From assembly GCA_020633495.1 (NCBI GenBank), contig JACKDR010000001.1, positions 118,105 through 182,104 of the forward strand: a stretch of DNA of 64,000 bases, read 5' to 3'. The DNA is from Kofleriaceae bacterium. GTDB taxonomy: Bacteria; Myxococcota_A; Polyangia; Haliangiales; Haliangiaceae. Below, in pieces: positions 1 through 10,092 of the stretch. A program made the position numbers and the translations under genes. Within the stretch, counting starts at the first letter, position 1. Each line of letters opens with the position of its first letter. The notes beneath the pieces are model-generated. The model was given only the letters and a program-made list of their open reading frames with translations. It was not told the DNA's origin and searched no databases.

Positions 1-1
1 C

Positions 2-1474
2 CCCGGCGACGAGCTGGCGCGCTGGCTGGCGTCGCGCAGCTTCGCCGGCGACGCCACCGCGACCCTGAGCGATCCGAAGCGACGCGCGATCCGGCGCGCG
101 CAGCAGACCGGCGCGCGCGCCGGCGCGGCCCCCGCGCCGGCGGCGCTGCCCGCGCCCACCCGCGACGAGGCCGCGCCCTACGGCCCGGAGCCCGAGGACG
201 AGCCCCAGCCGGCGCCCCGCCCGGCCCGTCGCGATCCCGACGCCGCGCCGGCCGATCCCGCCGAGGTCGACGCGATCACCGCGGCCGATCCGGCGCAGAC
301 CCCGAGCGTCGCGGCGTCGCTCGGCGGCTACACCCACGTCGTCGCCTCCGGCGACACCCTCGACAGCATCGCGCGCGACGAGCTGGGCAGCACCACCTAC
401 GTCGGCGAGCTGCTGCGCGCCAACCCGCAGCTGTCACGGCGCCGCGCGCTCCACCCCGGCGACGAGGTCGAGATCCCGGCGCTCGACGTGCCGCTCCTGG
501 CCGCGATGCGCAACTTTGCCCACGACGATGTCGGCCTGCACCACCTGGTCACGCACCTCACCGACACCGAGTGGGCGACGTTCCTGGCCGAGACCCGGCG
601 CCGTGGCCGCGACGACGAGGCGCTGATCGCGCGCGCCCAGATGGTCCGCACCACCGACAAGACGTTCGGCCAGATGGCGGCGTCGCAGCGCGCCTTCATG
701 GAGCGTCGCGCCGAGGACACCGGCGAGTCGGTGGGCACGCAGCTGGCTGCCGAGTTCGACAAGTGGCCCCGGACGCCGGGCGTGGAGGATGACTGGCGGG
801 AGGCGACCGACGAGCAGCGCGCGCTGTGGACCGCGTCGTTTCCGGCGGTGCGCGACGCGGTCCTGGCCGTGACCCCACCGGAGGTGCTCGCCATGCTCGA
901 TGCCCACCCGCTGGTCTGGGAACCGGAATCGATGGGCGCAAGCAACTACACCTTGTACTCTCGCGGGGTGATGCTGGTCGGCGTGGCGTGGCTGGTCGAC
1001 GCGCAGAAGGACCCGACGAGCGTCATCCCGACCTTCGTGCACGAGGCGCAGGGGCACCCGTCCTACGCGAAGGATCCCGACCAGGACTACCTCGCGAGCG
1101 GCGTGTTCAACGGGGTCTTCGAGTCGCTCCCCGAGGACGAGCAGGCAAAGGCCCTCAAGGGCGCCGGACCGATCGGCTACGGCTACTTCGAGACCGAGAT
1201 CTTCGCCGAGCTGATGGAGTGGGGCTACGACACGCCGCAGAGCGCCAGCGACCACGCGTTCGACGTCGCGCCCGATGGCAAGGAGTATGACGATGGTCGT
1301 GTCAAAGAAGTCGAGGCGTTCCTCAAACTCATCCGAGACGACCTCGAACCCACCGTCGCCGATGGCGTCCTCAGCGGACTGTGGCTCCGGATCCAGCGCG
1401 ACGAGCGGATCATCCCTGCGGCCCGCGGCCTGTTCTACGCCACCGCTGTCGAGGTCTTCGGCCATGAGCCGTGA
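2..1474 (+). CDS. LysM domain-containing protein (5' end outside window)
   Basis: Frame 2 is open from base 2. The translation carries a LysM-like motif (YTHVVASGDTLDSIARDELGSTTYVGELLRANPQL...HPGDEVEIP) followed by a well-behaved globular region with an HEAQGH motif. Stop TGA at 1472-1474. Confidence 0.6.
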   Translation, partial: PGDELARWLASRSFAGDATATLSDPKRRAIRRAQQTGARAGAAPAPAALPAPTRDEAAPYGPEPEDEPQPAPRPARRDPDAAPADPAEVDAITAADPAQTPSVAASLGGYTHVVASGDTLDSIARDELGSTTYVGELLRANPQLSRRRALHPGDEVEIPALDVPLLAAMRNFAHDDVGLHHLVTHLTDTEWATFLAETRRRGRDDEALIARAQMVRTTDKTFGQMAASQRAFMERRAEDTGESVGTQLAAEFDKWPRTPGVEDDWREATDEQRALWTASFPAVRDAVLAVTPPEVLAMLDAHPLVWEPESMGASNYTLYSRGVMLVGVAWLVDAQKDPTSVIPTFVHEAQGHPSYAKDPDQDYLASGVFNGVFESLPEDEQAKALKGAGPIGYGYFETEIFAELMEWGYDTPQSASDHAFDVAPDGKEYDDGRVKEVEAFLKLIRDDLEPTVADGVLSGLWLRIQRDERIIPAARGLFYATAVEVFGHEP

Positions 1475-2351
1475 CATCCCGTGCTCGGCGGTTCTGGGCC
1501 TCACGCTCGCCTGGCTCAGCGCCTGTGGCTCCTCGGCGCCATCGATCGATGAGCGACCGCAGGTCCACATGACCGCGGCCGGCGATGCGACCGCACGCGC
1601 TCCGGCGCCGGCGCCGAGCCACGAGCCCATCGTCCTGGTCGCCAAGCGATGGGACGACGCCTTCGAGCCCTTGCTGTGCTGCGAGGATGGCGAGTGCCGC
1701 CTCGACGGCTGCGACGCGATGCTCACAGATGGTGACCGGGTCGTGCACGCCGACGGCCGCACCAGCGCGATCTTCCATGACCACGAGATCGATTGCCCCG
1801 GATCGGGTGACACCGACCACCGGATGGAGTTCCGGAGCCCGGACCCGCAACCGCGGGCGCAGACCCGGCTGACGATCTGGCCCGCCGAGGCCGCGGAGAC
1901 GATGTGGTGGTTCACGTACGTGCCGCATCCGGACTCGGTCCCGCTCACGGCGGCCGAGATCGCCGGCTTGAAGCGCGCGTACGGCCTCGACGCCACCTCG
2001 GGCTACCTGATCGACGTCGGCGACGTGGATCTCGACGGCGACGGCGCGCCCGAAGCCGTCCTGACGGCCTCGGTCTGGCACGGCGGCACGTTCATCGCGA
2101 CCGACGTCGACGACGCCGGCAACCGGACGTTCACCCGCCTGCTCGACGAGCAGGACCCCCAGCTGGTCGGCGCGATCGATCTCGACGGCGACGGCACCCG
2201 CGAGCTGCTCGTCCTCAAGACCTTCCCCGAGCCCTACGACCTGTTCGTCATCGACGTCGCCCGACGCGAGGTCCGCTACCGGACCAAGTGGTTCTGCCGC
2301 GAGCACCCGGTGTCCCGGCAGCACGGCGCCGGCCACTGGCACGGTGACTGA
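1464..2351 (+). CDS. lipoprotein with FG-GAP/VCBS-like Asp-rich repeats
   Basis: ATG at 1464 overlaps the upstream stop (cATGAgccgTGA). The N-terminus MSRDIPCSAVLGLTLAWLSACGSS is a signal peptide with a lipobox. DVDLDGDGAPE and IDLDGDGTRE repeats are present. The long ORF 1275..2351 upstream of the ATG is low-complexity. Confidence 0.55.
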   Translation: MSRDIPCSAVLGLTLAWLSACGSSAPSIDERPQVHMTAAGDATARAPAPAPSHEPIVLVAKRWDDAFEPLLCCEDGECRLDGCDAMLTDGDRVVHADGRTSAIFHDHEIDCPGSGDTDHRMEFRSPDPQPRAQTRLTIWPAEAAETMWWFTYVPHPDSVPLTAAEIAGLKRAYGLDATSGYLIDVGDVDLDGDGAPEAVLTASVWHGGTFIATDVDDAGNRTFTRLLDEQDPQLVGAIDLDGDGTRELLVLKTFPEPYDLFVIDVARREVRYRTKWFCREHPVSRQHGAGHWHGD

Positions 2352-2787
2352 CGACGCCCGCCCCGAGGCCCCCATGCCCTTCCGCGATCTCACCCCTTCC
2401 TGCCCACGCTGCCGCGTCGACCTGGCGCGCGTCACCACGGTCCGCGACGGCTGGGCCTGTCGCCGCTGCGACGGCGCGCTGCTCGGCGTCGGCGACGTCA
2501 TCGACCTGCTGCTCGAGGTCGCGCCGGAGCTGATGCCCACGTCCGGCGCGGTCCGCGATCTGCGCACCGTGCCGCGCGGGCGCGCCGAGCCGCTGCCGTG
2601 CGGGCTGTGCGGCGCGGCGATGGATCCGGTGTTCCTCGGCGGCGCCGAGGTCGACCGCTGCGATCACGACGGCGTGCTGTTCTTCGAGGACGGCGAGCTG
2701 GCGCGCGTCGTCGCCCGCGCCCGCACCCAGCACGCCGCCCGACGCAGCCGGTGGCGGCGCGCCCTCGCTCGCCTGCTCGGCTACTGA
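2344..2787 (+). CDS. zinc-ribbon domain protein (two CxxC pairs)
   Basis: CPRCRVDL...CRRCDG and CGLCGAAMD...CDHDG motifs are present and the translation is protein-like. The start may instead be the internal Met at 2374. Confidence 0.5.
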   Translation: MTDDARPEAPMPFRDLTPSCPRCRVDLARVTTVRDGWACRRCDGALLGVGDVIDLLLEVAPELMPTSGAVRDLRTVPRGRAEPLPCGLCGAAMDPVFLGGAEVDRCDHDGVLFFEDGELARVVARARTQHAARRSRWRRALARLLGY

Positions 2788-2796
2788 GGCCCTCGG

Positions 2797-3561
2797 CTAC
2801 GGCTCGGGGCGCGGCGCGAAGCCGGAGAACGCGCGCAGGGTCGCCGCGTCCGGCGTGGTCCGGCCGGCGGCGTCGCGCAGCACCAGCTGGTCCGCGACCA
2901 GCGGCGCGGCGGTCCGGGTCAGGGTCCACACCGCGAACAGCGGCGGCTTGGGCGCGTGGGCGACGATCGCGGTGCGGGCGACGACGTGCAGGCCGGCGGC
3001 CGCGGCCGCGCCCGCGACCCGTTCCTCGGCGCGGGCGTCGCCGCACATCACGAACGCGCCGTCGTCGGCGAGCACGGTGGCGGCGGCGGCGACGTAGGCC
3101 TCGACGCCGCCGCGGTACTCGACCCGGGCGTAGGCGCGCTGCGCGTCCATGGCGTCGACCGCGTGACCGGGCGGGAAGTACGGCGGCGTCCCGGTGATCA
3201 GGTCGAAGCGCCCCGCGAGGTGCGCGACCTGGTCGCGCAGGTCACCGTGGTGGATCGTCACCCGGGCCCCGAGCTGGTTGCGCCGCACGTTCTCGGTCAA
3301 GAGCGCGTACGACACCTCCTGGGCCTCGATGCCGGTCAGCCGCGCCGCCGGCAGGCTCCACGCCAGGTGCAGCAGCACCGAGCCGATGCCGCAGCCGAGA
3401 TCGAGGACGTCGCGGGCGTGGGGGGCCCGCCGGTGCGCGACGTACGCGGTCACCATGTCGTCGCTGGAGAACCGGTGGCCGTGGACGCGCTGCACGATCG
3501 TCAGGTCGCGGGTCAGGCGGTCGACGGTCAGCGGGCCCCAGCGGTCCTCGAGCGACTTCAC
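2797..3561 (-). CDS. SAM-dependent N6-adenine methyltransferase, TrmN6/YfiC-like
   Basis: Motif I (VLDLGCGIGSV) and the N6-MTase motif (TGTPPYF) are present. The reading frame is clean. Confidence 0.75.
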   Translation of the reverse strand: MKSLEDRWGPLTVDRLTRDLTIVQRVHGHRFSSDDMVTAYVAHRRAPHARDVLDLGCGIGSVLLHLAWSLPAARLTGIEAQEVSYALLTENVRRNQLGARVTIHHGDLRDQVAHLAGRFDLITGTPPYFPPGHAVDAMDAQRAYARVEYRGGVEAYVAAAATVLADDGAFVMCGDARAEERVAGAAAAAGLHVVARTAIVAHAPKPPLFAVWTLTRTAAPLVADQLVLRDAAGRTTPDAATLRAFSGFAPRPEP

Positions 3562-3630
3562 GGCGCGGTCCTAGCACGTCCCGGCGGCGACGGCGCACCG
3601 GGGCGGCCGCCGACGTGGCACGATCGCGTC

Positions 3631-4368
3631 GTGCACGGCGAGCTCCGCGTCCTGACCTGGAACATCTGGTTCGGCGGCCACCAGCGCGACGAACGGTGCG
3701 CGGCGCTGGTCGCGGAGCTGGGCCGACGCCGGCCCGACGTCATCGCGCTGCAGGAGGTCACCGCGCCGGTGCGCGCGGCGATCGAGGCGGCGCCGTGGGC
3801 GACCGCCTACGAGCTGCGCGACGACGACGGCCGCGACGCGGGGTACGGGGTGCTGGTGCTGTCGCGCCGCGCGGTCCGCGGCAGCGAGGTGCTCGCCGAC
3901 CTGCCGACGACGATGGGCCGCCGGTTGATCGCGGTCGATCTCGAGGTCGGCCTCACGGTGGCCACGATCCACCTCGAGAGCATGGCGATCAGCGGCGCGA
4001 CCCGGGTGGCGCAGCTGACGCGGCTGCAGCCGTGGCTGGCGGCGCGCGGCCCCGACGTCTGCCTGGTCGGCGACCTCAACTTCTCGCCCGCCGACGCCGA
4101 CGAGACCGCCGCGCTCGACCCGGCCTTCGTCGACGTGTGGCCGGCGCTGCACCCCGACGACCCCGGCGACACCGTCGAGAGCGACCTCAACACGATGCGG
4201 CGCGACGTCCTGGGCAAGACCAGCCGCAAGCGGATCGATCGGGTGTTGCTGCGGAGCGGGGCGTGGCGACCGGCCGCGATCGAGCGCGTCGGGATGGCGC
4301 CGATCGACGACCACGGCACCTTCACGTCGGATCACTTCGGGCTCGAGGTCACGCTGCGGCAGGCCTGA
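3631..4368 (+). CDS. endonuclease/exonuclease/phosphatase (EEP) family protein
   Basis: GTG 3631 is in frame with ORF 2956..4368. The sequence LRVLTWNIWFGG...DVIALQEV...SDHFGLEV is typical of the EEP fold. The upstream part of the long ORF is Arg/Gly junk. Confidence 0.7.
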   Translation: MHGELRVLTWNIWFGGHQRDERCAALVAELGRRRPDVIALQEVTAPVRAAIEAAPWATAYELRDDDGRDAGYGVLVLSRRAVRGSEVLADLPTTMGRRLIAVDLEVGLTVATIHLESMAISGATRVAQLTRLQPWLAARGPDVCLVGDLNFSPADADETAALDPAFVDVWPALHPDDPGDTVESDLNTMRRDVLGKTSRKRIDRVLLRSGAWRPAAIERVGMAPIDDHGTFTSDHFGLEVTLRQA

Positions 4369-4512
4369 GCCGCTCGGGGCCGCGCCCCTGGCCGCGCGAC
4401 CAGGGGCGGGGCGACCTGGCGACGGGTGCGATGGCGCTCGACGGGGCTGCCCCCGGCCGATACCGTGGGTCCCGGTACCGTGGCGTCGAGCTCTCTCCCC
4501 CGCATCCAGGAC

Positions 4513-7500
4513 ATGCCGCTGCCCGGGCTGACGCTGCGCGAGCGCCTCGGCGCCGGCAGCATGGGGATCGTGTTCCGCGCCTACGACGAGCAGCGCGGCG
4601 TCGACGTCGCCCTCAAGTGGTTGCCGCGCGCCGACGGCGTCGCGCTGTCGCGCTTCAAGCAGGAGTTCCGGGCCCTCGCCGACCTGCTGCACCCCAACCT
4701 GCTGCCGCTGTACGAGCTGCACTGCGTCGCCGGGACGTGGTTCTTCACGATGCCGCTGATCGACGCGACGTCGTTCCTGGGCTGGGTCCGGCCCGGCGGC
4801 GACGACGAGGTCGACGCGCCCGGCGGCGACGCCACCGGCACCAGCGACGGCTGGGTCGCCACCACGGTGACCTCGAGCGACCCGCGGGCGCACGTCGCGC
4901 CGCCGCGCCCGGCCGGCCGGACGCTCGACGTCGCGCGCCTGCGGCAGGCGGTGCCCCAGCTGATCGAGGGCGTCGCGGCGCTGCACCGCGCCGGCAAGCT
5001 GCACCGCGACCTCAAGCCGGCCAACGTCCTGATCGATCCCCACGGTCACCTCTACGTCTCCGACTTCGGCCTGGTCTTCGATCCCGCCGACGGCGGCCTC
5101 GATCGCGAGCTGGTGGTGGGCACGCCGGCGTACATGTCCCCGGAGCAGGCCGAGGGCTTGCCGCTCGACGAGGCCAGCGACTGGTACGCGGTGGGCACGA
5201 TGCTGTTCGAGGCGCTCACCGGCGAGCGCCCGTTCCTCGGCGACGTCGCCGAGCTGCGCGAGCAGCGCCGCCTGTTCGCCGCGCCTGCCGTGCGCGAGCT
5301 CGCGCCCGAGCTGCCCGCCGAGCTCGACGACCTGATCGAGCTGGTCGACGCCCTGCTGCAGCGCGATCCGCGCGACCGCCCGACCGGCGCGACCCTGCGC
5401 GACCGCCTCGGCGCGCCGGCGGCCGCGGCGGCCCCGACGACGCCCGAGGCCGGCGACGCGCCGTTCGTCGGCCGCCGCGCCGAGCTCGCCGCGCTGCACC
5501 GGGCGCTCGCCGACCGGCGCGACGGCACCGTGGCGGTGCTGCTCGACGGCGCCTCCGGCATGGGCAAGAGCGCGCTGCTGCACGCCTTCCTCGATCAGGC
5601 CGCCGCCGCCGGCGCGCTGGTGGTCGCCGGGCGCTGCTACCAGCGCGAGTCGGTGCCGTACAAGGCGCTCGACGGCGTCGTCGACGCGCTGACCGCGCAC
5701 CTGCGCGACCTCGCGCCCGCGCAGCTGCCGGCGCTGCCGGCGCCGGCGCGCGCCGCGCTGTGCCGGCTGTTCCCGGTGCTGCGCCAGGTGCCGTGGCCGA
5801 CGGCGACCGCACGCGCCGGCACCGACGACGACGCGACGCCGCAGCGGATCCTGCGCCGCGCCACCACCGGCTTCCGCCAGCTGGTCGCCGACCTGGCGGC
5901 GCGCCGGCCGCTGATCATCGCGGTCGACGACCTCCAGTGGGGCGACGTCGACAGCGTCGGCTTCTTCCTCGAGCTGCTGCAGCTGCCGGCCCACGCCGGC
6001 GTCTTGCTGATCGCGTGCCACCGCCGCGAGGACGCCGACGCCACGCCGCTGCGCGGGCCGCTGCGCGCGGCCGCCGCCGAGCTGGCGCGCCCGGACGTCG
6101 TCCGCGCCGTCGCGCTCGAGCCGCTGGCACCCGCCGAGGTCGCCACGCTGGTCCGCCGCCTCGCCGTCGTCGAGCTCGGCGACGACCAGCTCGCCGCGCT
6201 GATCCGGGAGGCCGGCGGCAGCCCGCTGTTCGCCGGCGAGCTGGCGCGGGTCGGCGCCGCCGTGCTCGGCGGCGCCCGGCTCGACGAGCTCAGCGCCGCC
6301 CGGGTCGCGACCCTGCCGGCGCCGGCGCGGGCGCTGCTCACGGCGATCGCCGTCGCGGGGACGTCGATCGACCTCGAGACCGCGAGCCGCGCCGCCGCGG
6401 TCGCCGATCCCACCGCGGCCACCGCGCTCGACGTCGCGCGCCTGATCCGCGGGCGCGCCGCCGACGGCGGCCGCATCGTCGAGTGCTACCACGACCGGAT
6501 CCGCGAGACCGTGACCGCGCGGCTCGACGCCGGCGCGCGGGTCGGCGTCCACCGCGCCCTGGCCGACGCGCTCGAGGCCACCGGCGCCGCCGATCCGCAG
6601 GCGCTGGTCGCGCACCGCCTCGGCGCCGGCGATCGCGCCGCCGCCGCCGGCCACGCCCGGGTCGCCGCCGCGCAGGCCCGCGACGCCCTCGCGTTCCACC
6701 GCGCCGCCGACTACTACCGCCTGGCCCGCGAGCTCGGCGACGTCGACGCGGCCGAGGCACGACGCCTGCGCGCGCTCGAGGCCGACATGCTGGCGAACGC
6801 CGGCTCGCTGGCCGCCGCCGGCCGCGCCTACCTCGACGCCGCGCACGACGCCGCCGGCGACGACGCGATCGTGCGCCGCGCCCGCGCCGTCGAGGCCACG
6901 CTGCAGGCGGGCCACCTGGAGGCGGCGCTCGCGATGGCCCGCCCGCTGCGGCGCGGCCTGGGCCTGCGCCTGCCGCCGACCGGGTGGCGCGCGCTCGCCG
7001 AGGTCGTCGCGCGACGCGTGTGGCTGCGCGGCCGCGGCATGCGCTACACGCCGCGCCGCGCCGATCAGCTGCCGCCGCGCGCGCTGCTGCGCCACGATCT
7101 GAGCTGGACCCTGGCGTCGGCGATGGCGATGTACGATCCGATCGTCGGCCGCGCCATGCAGCTGCGCTGCGCCCAGGACGCGCTGCGCCTCGGCGAGCCG
7201 GTCCGGGTGGCGCGGGCGCGGATGCTGCTCGCCGCCGCGCGGTCGTCGGACGGCGCCCACACCTGGCCCGAGATCAAGGCGACCCTCGGCGAGCTCGAGC
7301 CGCTGATCGCGGTGGCCGGCACCGGCTACCTGCGGGGCCTGCTGCACACCACCCACGCCGTCGCGGCCAACACCGTCGCGCGCTGGGATCTCGGCGTCGA
7401 GCACGCGGCCCGCGCCGAGCAGCTCCTCGACGGCGTCCCCGAGGGCGCGTGGGCGGCGGCGATCTCGCGGTCGTTCCACGCCAACGCGCTGGCGATGCTG

Positions 7501-8258
7501 GGCCGGCTCCGCGACCTCGGCGCCTACCTGCAGCAGGAGCTCCACGACGCCGAGTGGCGGGGCGACCGGGTGTCGCCGTGGATGCTGCGCACCCAGCGCG
7601 GCAACGTCCACTGGCTGGCGATCGACCAGCCGGCCGAGGCGCGCCGCCAGTACGCGCTGGATCCCGAGCCCGCCGCGGGGCGCAGCGAGCTGCCGCTCGC
7701 GCACCACTACAAGGTCCTGGGCGTCACCGCGAGCCACCTCTACGAGGACGACGCGGCGGCGGCGTGGCGCAGCGTCGACGCCAGCTGGCGGCGCATGTCG
7801 CGCTCGCTGATGGTCCACATCCAGGTGTTCGTGATCGACATGCAGACGCTGCGCGCGCGCGCCCCTCGCCGCCGCGGCCGCCGGCGCTGCGGGCGTGACG
7901 CCGGCGCGGGCGCGGGCGATCGTCGCCGAGGCGATCGCCGCGCTGACCCGCGCCCGCGCGCCGCTGGCCGACGCCTGGAGCGCCGCGCTGCGCGGCAACC
8001 TGGCCCAGCTCGACGGCGAGCGCGCCGGCGCCGCGACCTGGCTGCAGACCGCCGCCGCCGGGTTCGCCCGCCGCGCTCGGGCTCGAGCTGCCGGCGCGCG
8101 CCGCGCGGCTGCACGCCGGCGTGCTGCGCACCGACCGCGCCGGCGACGCCCTGCGCGACGCCGCGCTCGCCGCGCTGCGCGCCGAGGACGTGCGCCGGCC
8201 GATCCGGCTCGCCGCGGTGTTCTCGCCGCTGATCCTGCGCGACGTCGCGCGCGGCTAG
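4513..8258 (+). CDS. Ser/Thr protein kinase fused to AAA/STAND-like ATPase and TPR-like C-terminal region; C-terminus needs two +1 frameshifts (possible pseudogene or assembly indels)
   Basis: ATG 4513 (MPLPGLTLRERLGAGSMGIVFRA) begins a kinase domain (HRDLKPANVLI, DFGL, PAYMSPE). A P-loop (GASGMGKSALL) follows, then about 700 aa of helical repeats. Frame 1 is credible to about 7860. The sequence then continues in frame 2 (...AIVAEAIAALTRARAPLADAW...) and in frame 3 from about 8060 (LGLELPARAARLHAGVL...LILRDVARG*), with stop TAG at 8256-8258. The first shift lies in a GCGCGCGCGCGC tract at 7851-7861. Confidence 0.6.
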
Positions 8259-8265
8259 CGCGCGC

Positions 8266-9360
8266 TCAGCGCGGCGGGCCGCCGTCCTTGTCGAAGTCCC
8301 ACGGGAACGCCAGCAGGTCGCACGGGCCGCCGTTCTGGACCTCGCCGTCGCTGGCGACGCCGAGCTCGGCGCCGGTGCCGGCGGCGACGTCGCCGTCCCA
8401 GGCCAGGTCGGTCTTGGCCTGCAGCGCGACCACGCACATCTCCTGATCGCCGATGCCCCAGCCGACCTCGGCGTCGCGCGGGTTCTCGAAGCCGCAGGTG
8501 AAGCGTAGGCCCTGGGCGCCGGCGGCGGCGAGGTCGACCGGCGGATCGAGCGCGACGCCGAAGTTGTCGCCGTAGCCGTCGTGGTGCATCAGCACCTCGC
8601 CGTCGCGCGGGCCGCCGGCGATCTCGAGCTGGGTGTAGACGCCGAGCGCGTGGTAGTGCGACAGCACGTAGTGCAGCTCGTACTGCAGCGGCCGGTGCAG
8701 GGTGTCCTGGTAGGCCTGGTCGAACAGGCACTCGGTGGTGAACGACGACGCGCCGCTGGGGGCGAGGTGGAGGTCGTGGTACTGGATGCGCCCGGGCGCC
8801 ATCTTGGCCTGGACCTGGTCGGGCGGGATCGTGTGCAGCGCGACGTGCATGGTCGTGTGGACCGGCTGGGTCGACACGTTGAGCAGGTGGCTGGAGCCGA
8901 TGACGCGGCTGTACGGCGGGATGCGGATCGCGCTGCCCGGCGGCAGCTCCTGGTGCTCCTCCTGCGACTGGGTGCTGAGCGCGAACAGGTAGCCGCCCAG
9001 GATCGCCGCGGTCAGCTCGCCGAACCCGGCCTCGCTGCACGACCACGTGCCGTCGGGCTGGTCGAACTGATCGTCGGGGACGAAGAACCAGTTGGCGTGG
9101 TGGTAGCCACCGCCGTTGGTCTCGGTGACCCCGGTGACCCACAGCTCGGTGGGGTTGTTCAGGGTCCAGCTCTGGCAGGTGTCCTCGTCCTCGACCCCGG
9201 CGCCGACGTCGATCGTCGAGACGTCGCGCTCGAGCGTGCACGCCGTGGCGCTGGGGTCACAGCTGGGCTCGGGGTCGGCGCCGCAGCCGGTCGTGACCGC
9301 GCCGGTGGCGGCGGTGGTGACGGCGAGCAGCAGGGTCGAGAGCGTCGTCGCGGGCCTCAT
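8266..9360 (-). CDS. secreted lipoprotein, unknown function
   Basis: The ORF is clean. The N-terminus MRPATTLSTLLLAVTTAATGAVTTGCGAD has a lipobox. His-rich motifs are present (GYHHANWFF, HYHALG, EMCVVAL). The gene is convergent with the kinase gene. Confidence 0.55.
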   Translation of the reverse strand: MRPATTLSTLLLAVTTAATGAVTTGCGADPEPSCDPSATACTLERDVSTIDVGAGVEDEDTCQSWTLNNPTELWVTGVTETNGGGYHHANWFFVPDDQFDQPDGTWSCSEAGFGELTAAILGGYLFALSTQSQEEHQELPPGSAIRIPPYSRVIGSSHLLNVSTQPVHTTMHVALHTIPPDQVQAKMAPGRIQYHDLHLAPSGASSFTTECLFDQAYQDTLHRPLQYELHYVLSHYHALGVYTQLEIAGGPRDGEVLMHHDGYGDNFGVALDPPVDLAAAGAQGLRFTCGFENPRDAEVGWGIGDQEMCVVALQAKTDLAWDGDVAAGTGAELGVASDGEVQNGGPCDLLAFPWDFDKDGGPPR

Positions 9361-9418
9361 CGTGCCGGCCAGGATACCCCAGGGCCCGCGGCGGATCGGC
9401 GCCTATGTATGATGGGGC

Positions 9419-10030
9419 ATGGTGAGGACCCGGACCGTGTGGCAGAAGGCCGGGCGCTTCTTCAGCGCCGTCGTCGTGCTGTGCTTCTTCCTGCCGTTCT
9501 TCGGCATCTCGTGCGAGGGCGTCGAGCTGGTCACGATCTCCGGCGCCGACATGGTCGGCGGCTGCAAGCCGGGCGGCGCGATCAACGATCTCGCCGAGGA
9601 GGGCAAGGGCCAGATCCAGGGCGGCTCGATCGACGCCAAGATCCCGCCGGTGGATCGCGAGCCGCTGGCGATCGCGGCGATGGCGCTGGCGGTGATCGCG
9701 TTCGCGCTGGCGTGGAGCCGGGCCCGCCACGCGCTGCTGGGGACGGCCCTGGTCGCGGTGGTGGCGCTCGGCCTGCTGATGACCCTGTTCGTGCGCGAGC
9801 GCGCCAAGATGAAGCGCGAGGCGTCGACCTACGGCGACGCCGGCGGCAAGAACGAGGTCATGGGCGAGAAGGTCGAGGTCGACGCCGGGTCGCGCTACGG
9901 CCTGTGGCTGACCTGCGCCGGCCTGCTGGGGATCGCGGTGGTGACCGGGATGGCGTGGCGCGAGCCGGCGCTGCCGGATCCGCCGCCGCCGCCGCCCGAC
10001 TGGGTGCCGCCGCCGCCGCCACCGGCGTGA
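9419..10030 (+). CDS. membrane protein (3-4 TM helices, Pro-rich C-terminus)
   Basis: Hydrophobic segments are present (FFSAVVVLCFFLPFFGI, LAIAAMALAVIAFALAW, ALVAVVALGLLMTLFV, LTCAGLLGIAVVTGMAW). The protein ends in PPPPPPDWVPPPPPPA. Confidence 0.55.
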   Translation: MVRTRTVWQKAGRFFSAVVVLCFFLPFFGISCEGVELVTISGADMVGGCKPGGAINDLAEEGKGQIQGGSIDAKIPPVDREPLAIAAMALAVIAFALAWSRARHALLGTALVAVVALGLLMTLFVRERAKMKREASTYGDAGGKNEVMGEKVEVDAGSRYGLWLTCAGLLGIAVVTGMAWREPALPDPPPPPPDWVPPPPPPA

Positions 10031-10092
10031 CCGGCGCGAGCCGCGGCGCGGCGCCCTGTGGCGACGCGCACGACCTGCTAGGGTGGCCCGCC

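Noticed and set aside
2498-3197. Arg/Pro-rich ORFs at 2498..3046 (minus) and 2598..3197 (plus) overlapping the methyltransferase
   Set aside because: Extreme Arg/Pro/Gly composition typical of off-frame GC-rich DNA. The methyltransferase frame explains the region.
3571-7998. 1475-aa minus-strand ORF, and the 1427-aa plus-strand ORF at 3615..7898, both overlapping the kinase gene
   Set aside because: The translations are almost pure Arg/Ala/Gly/Pro low-complexity. These are the expected open antisense and off-frames of a 75% GC coding region. The in-frame kinase sequence is unambiguous.
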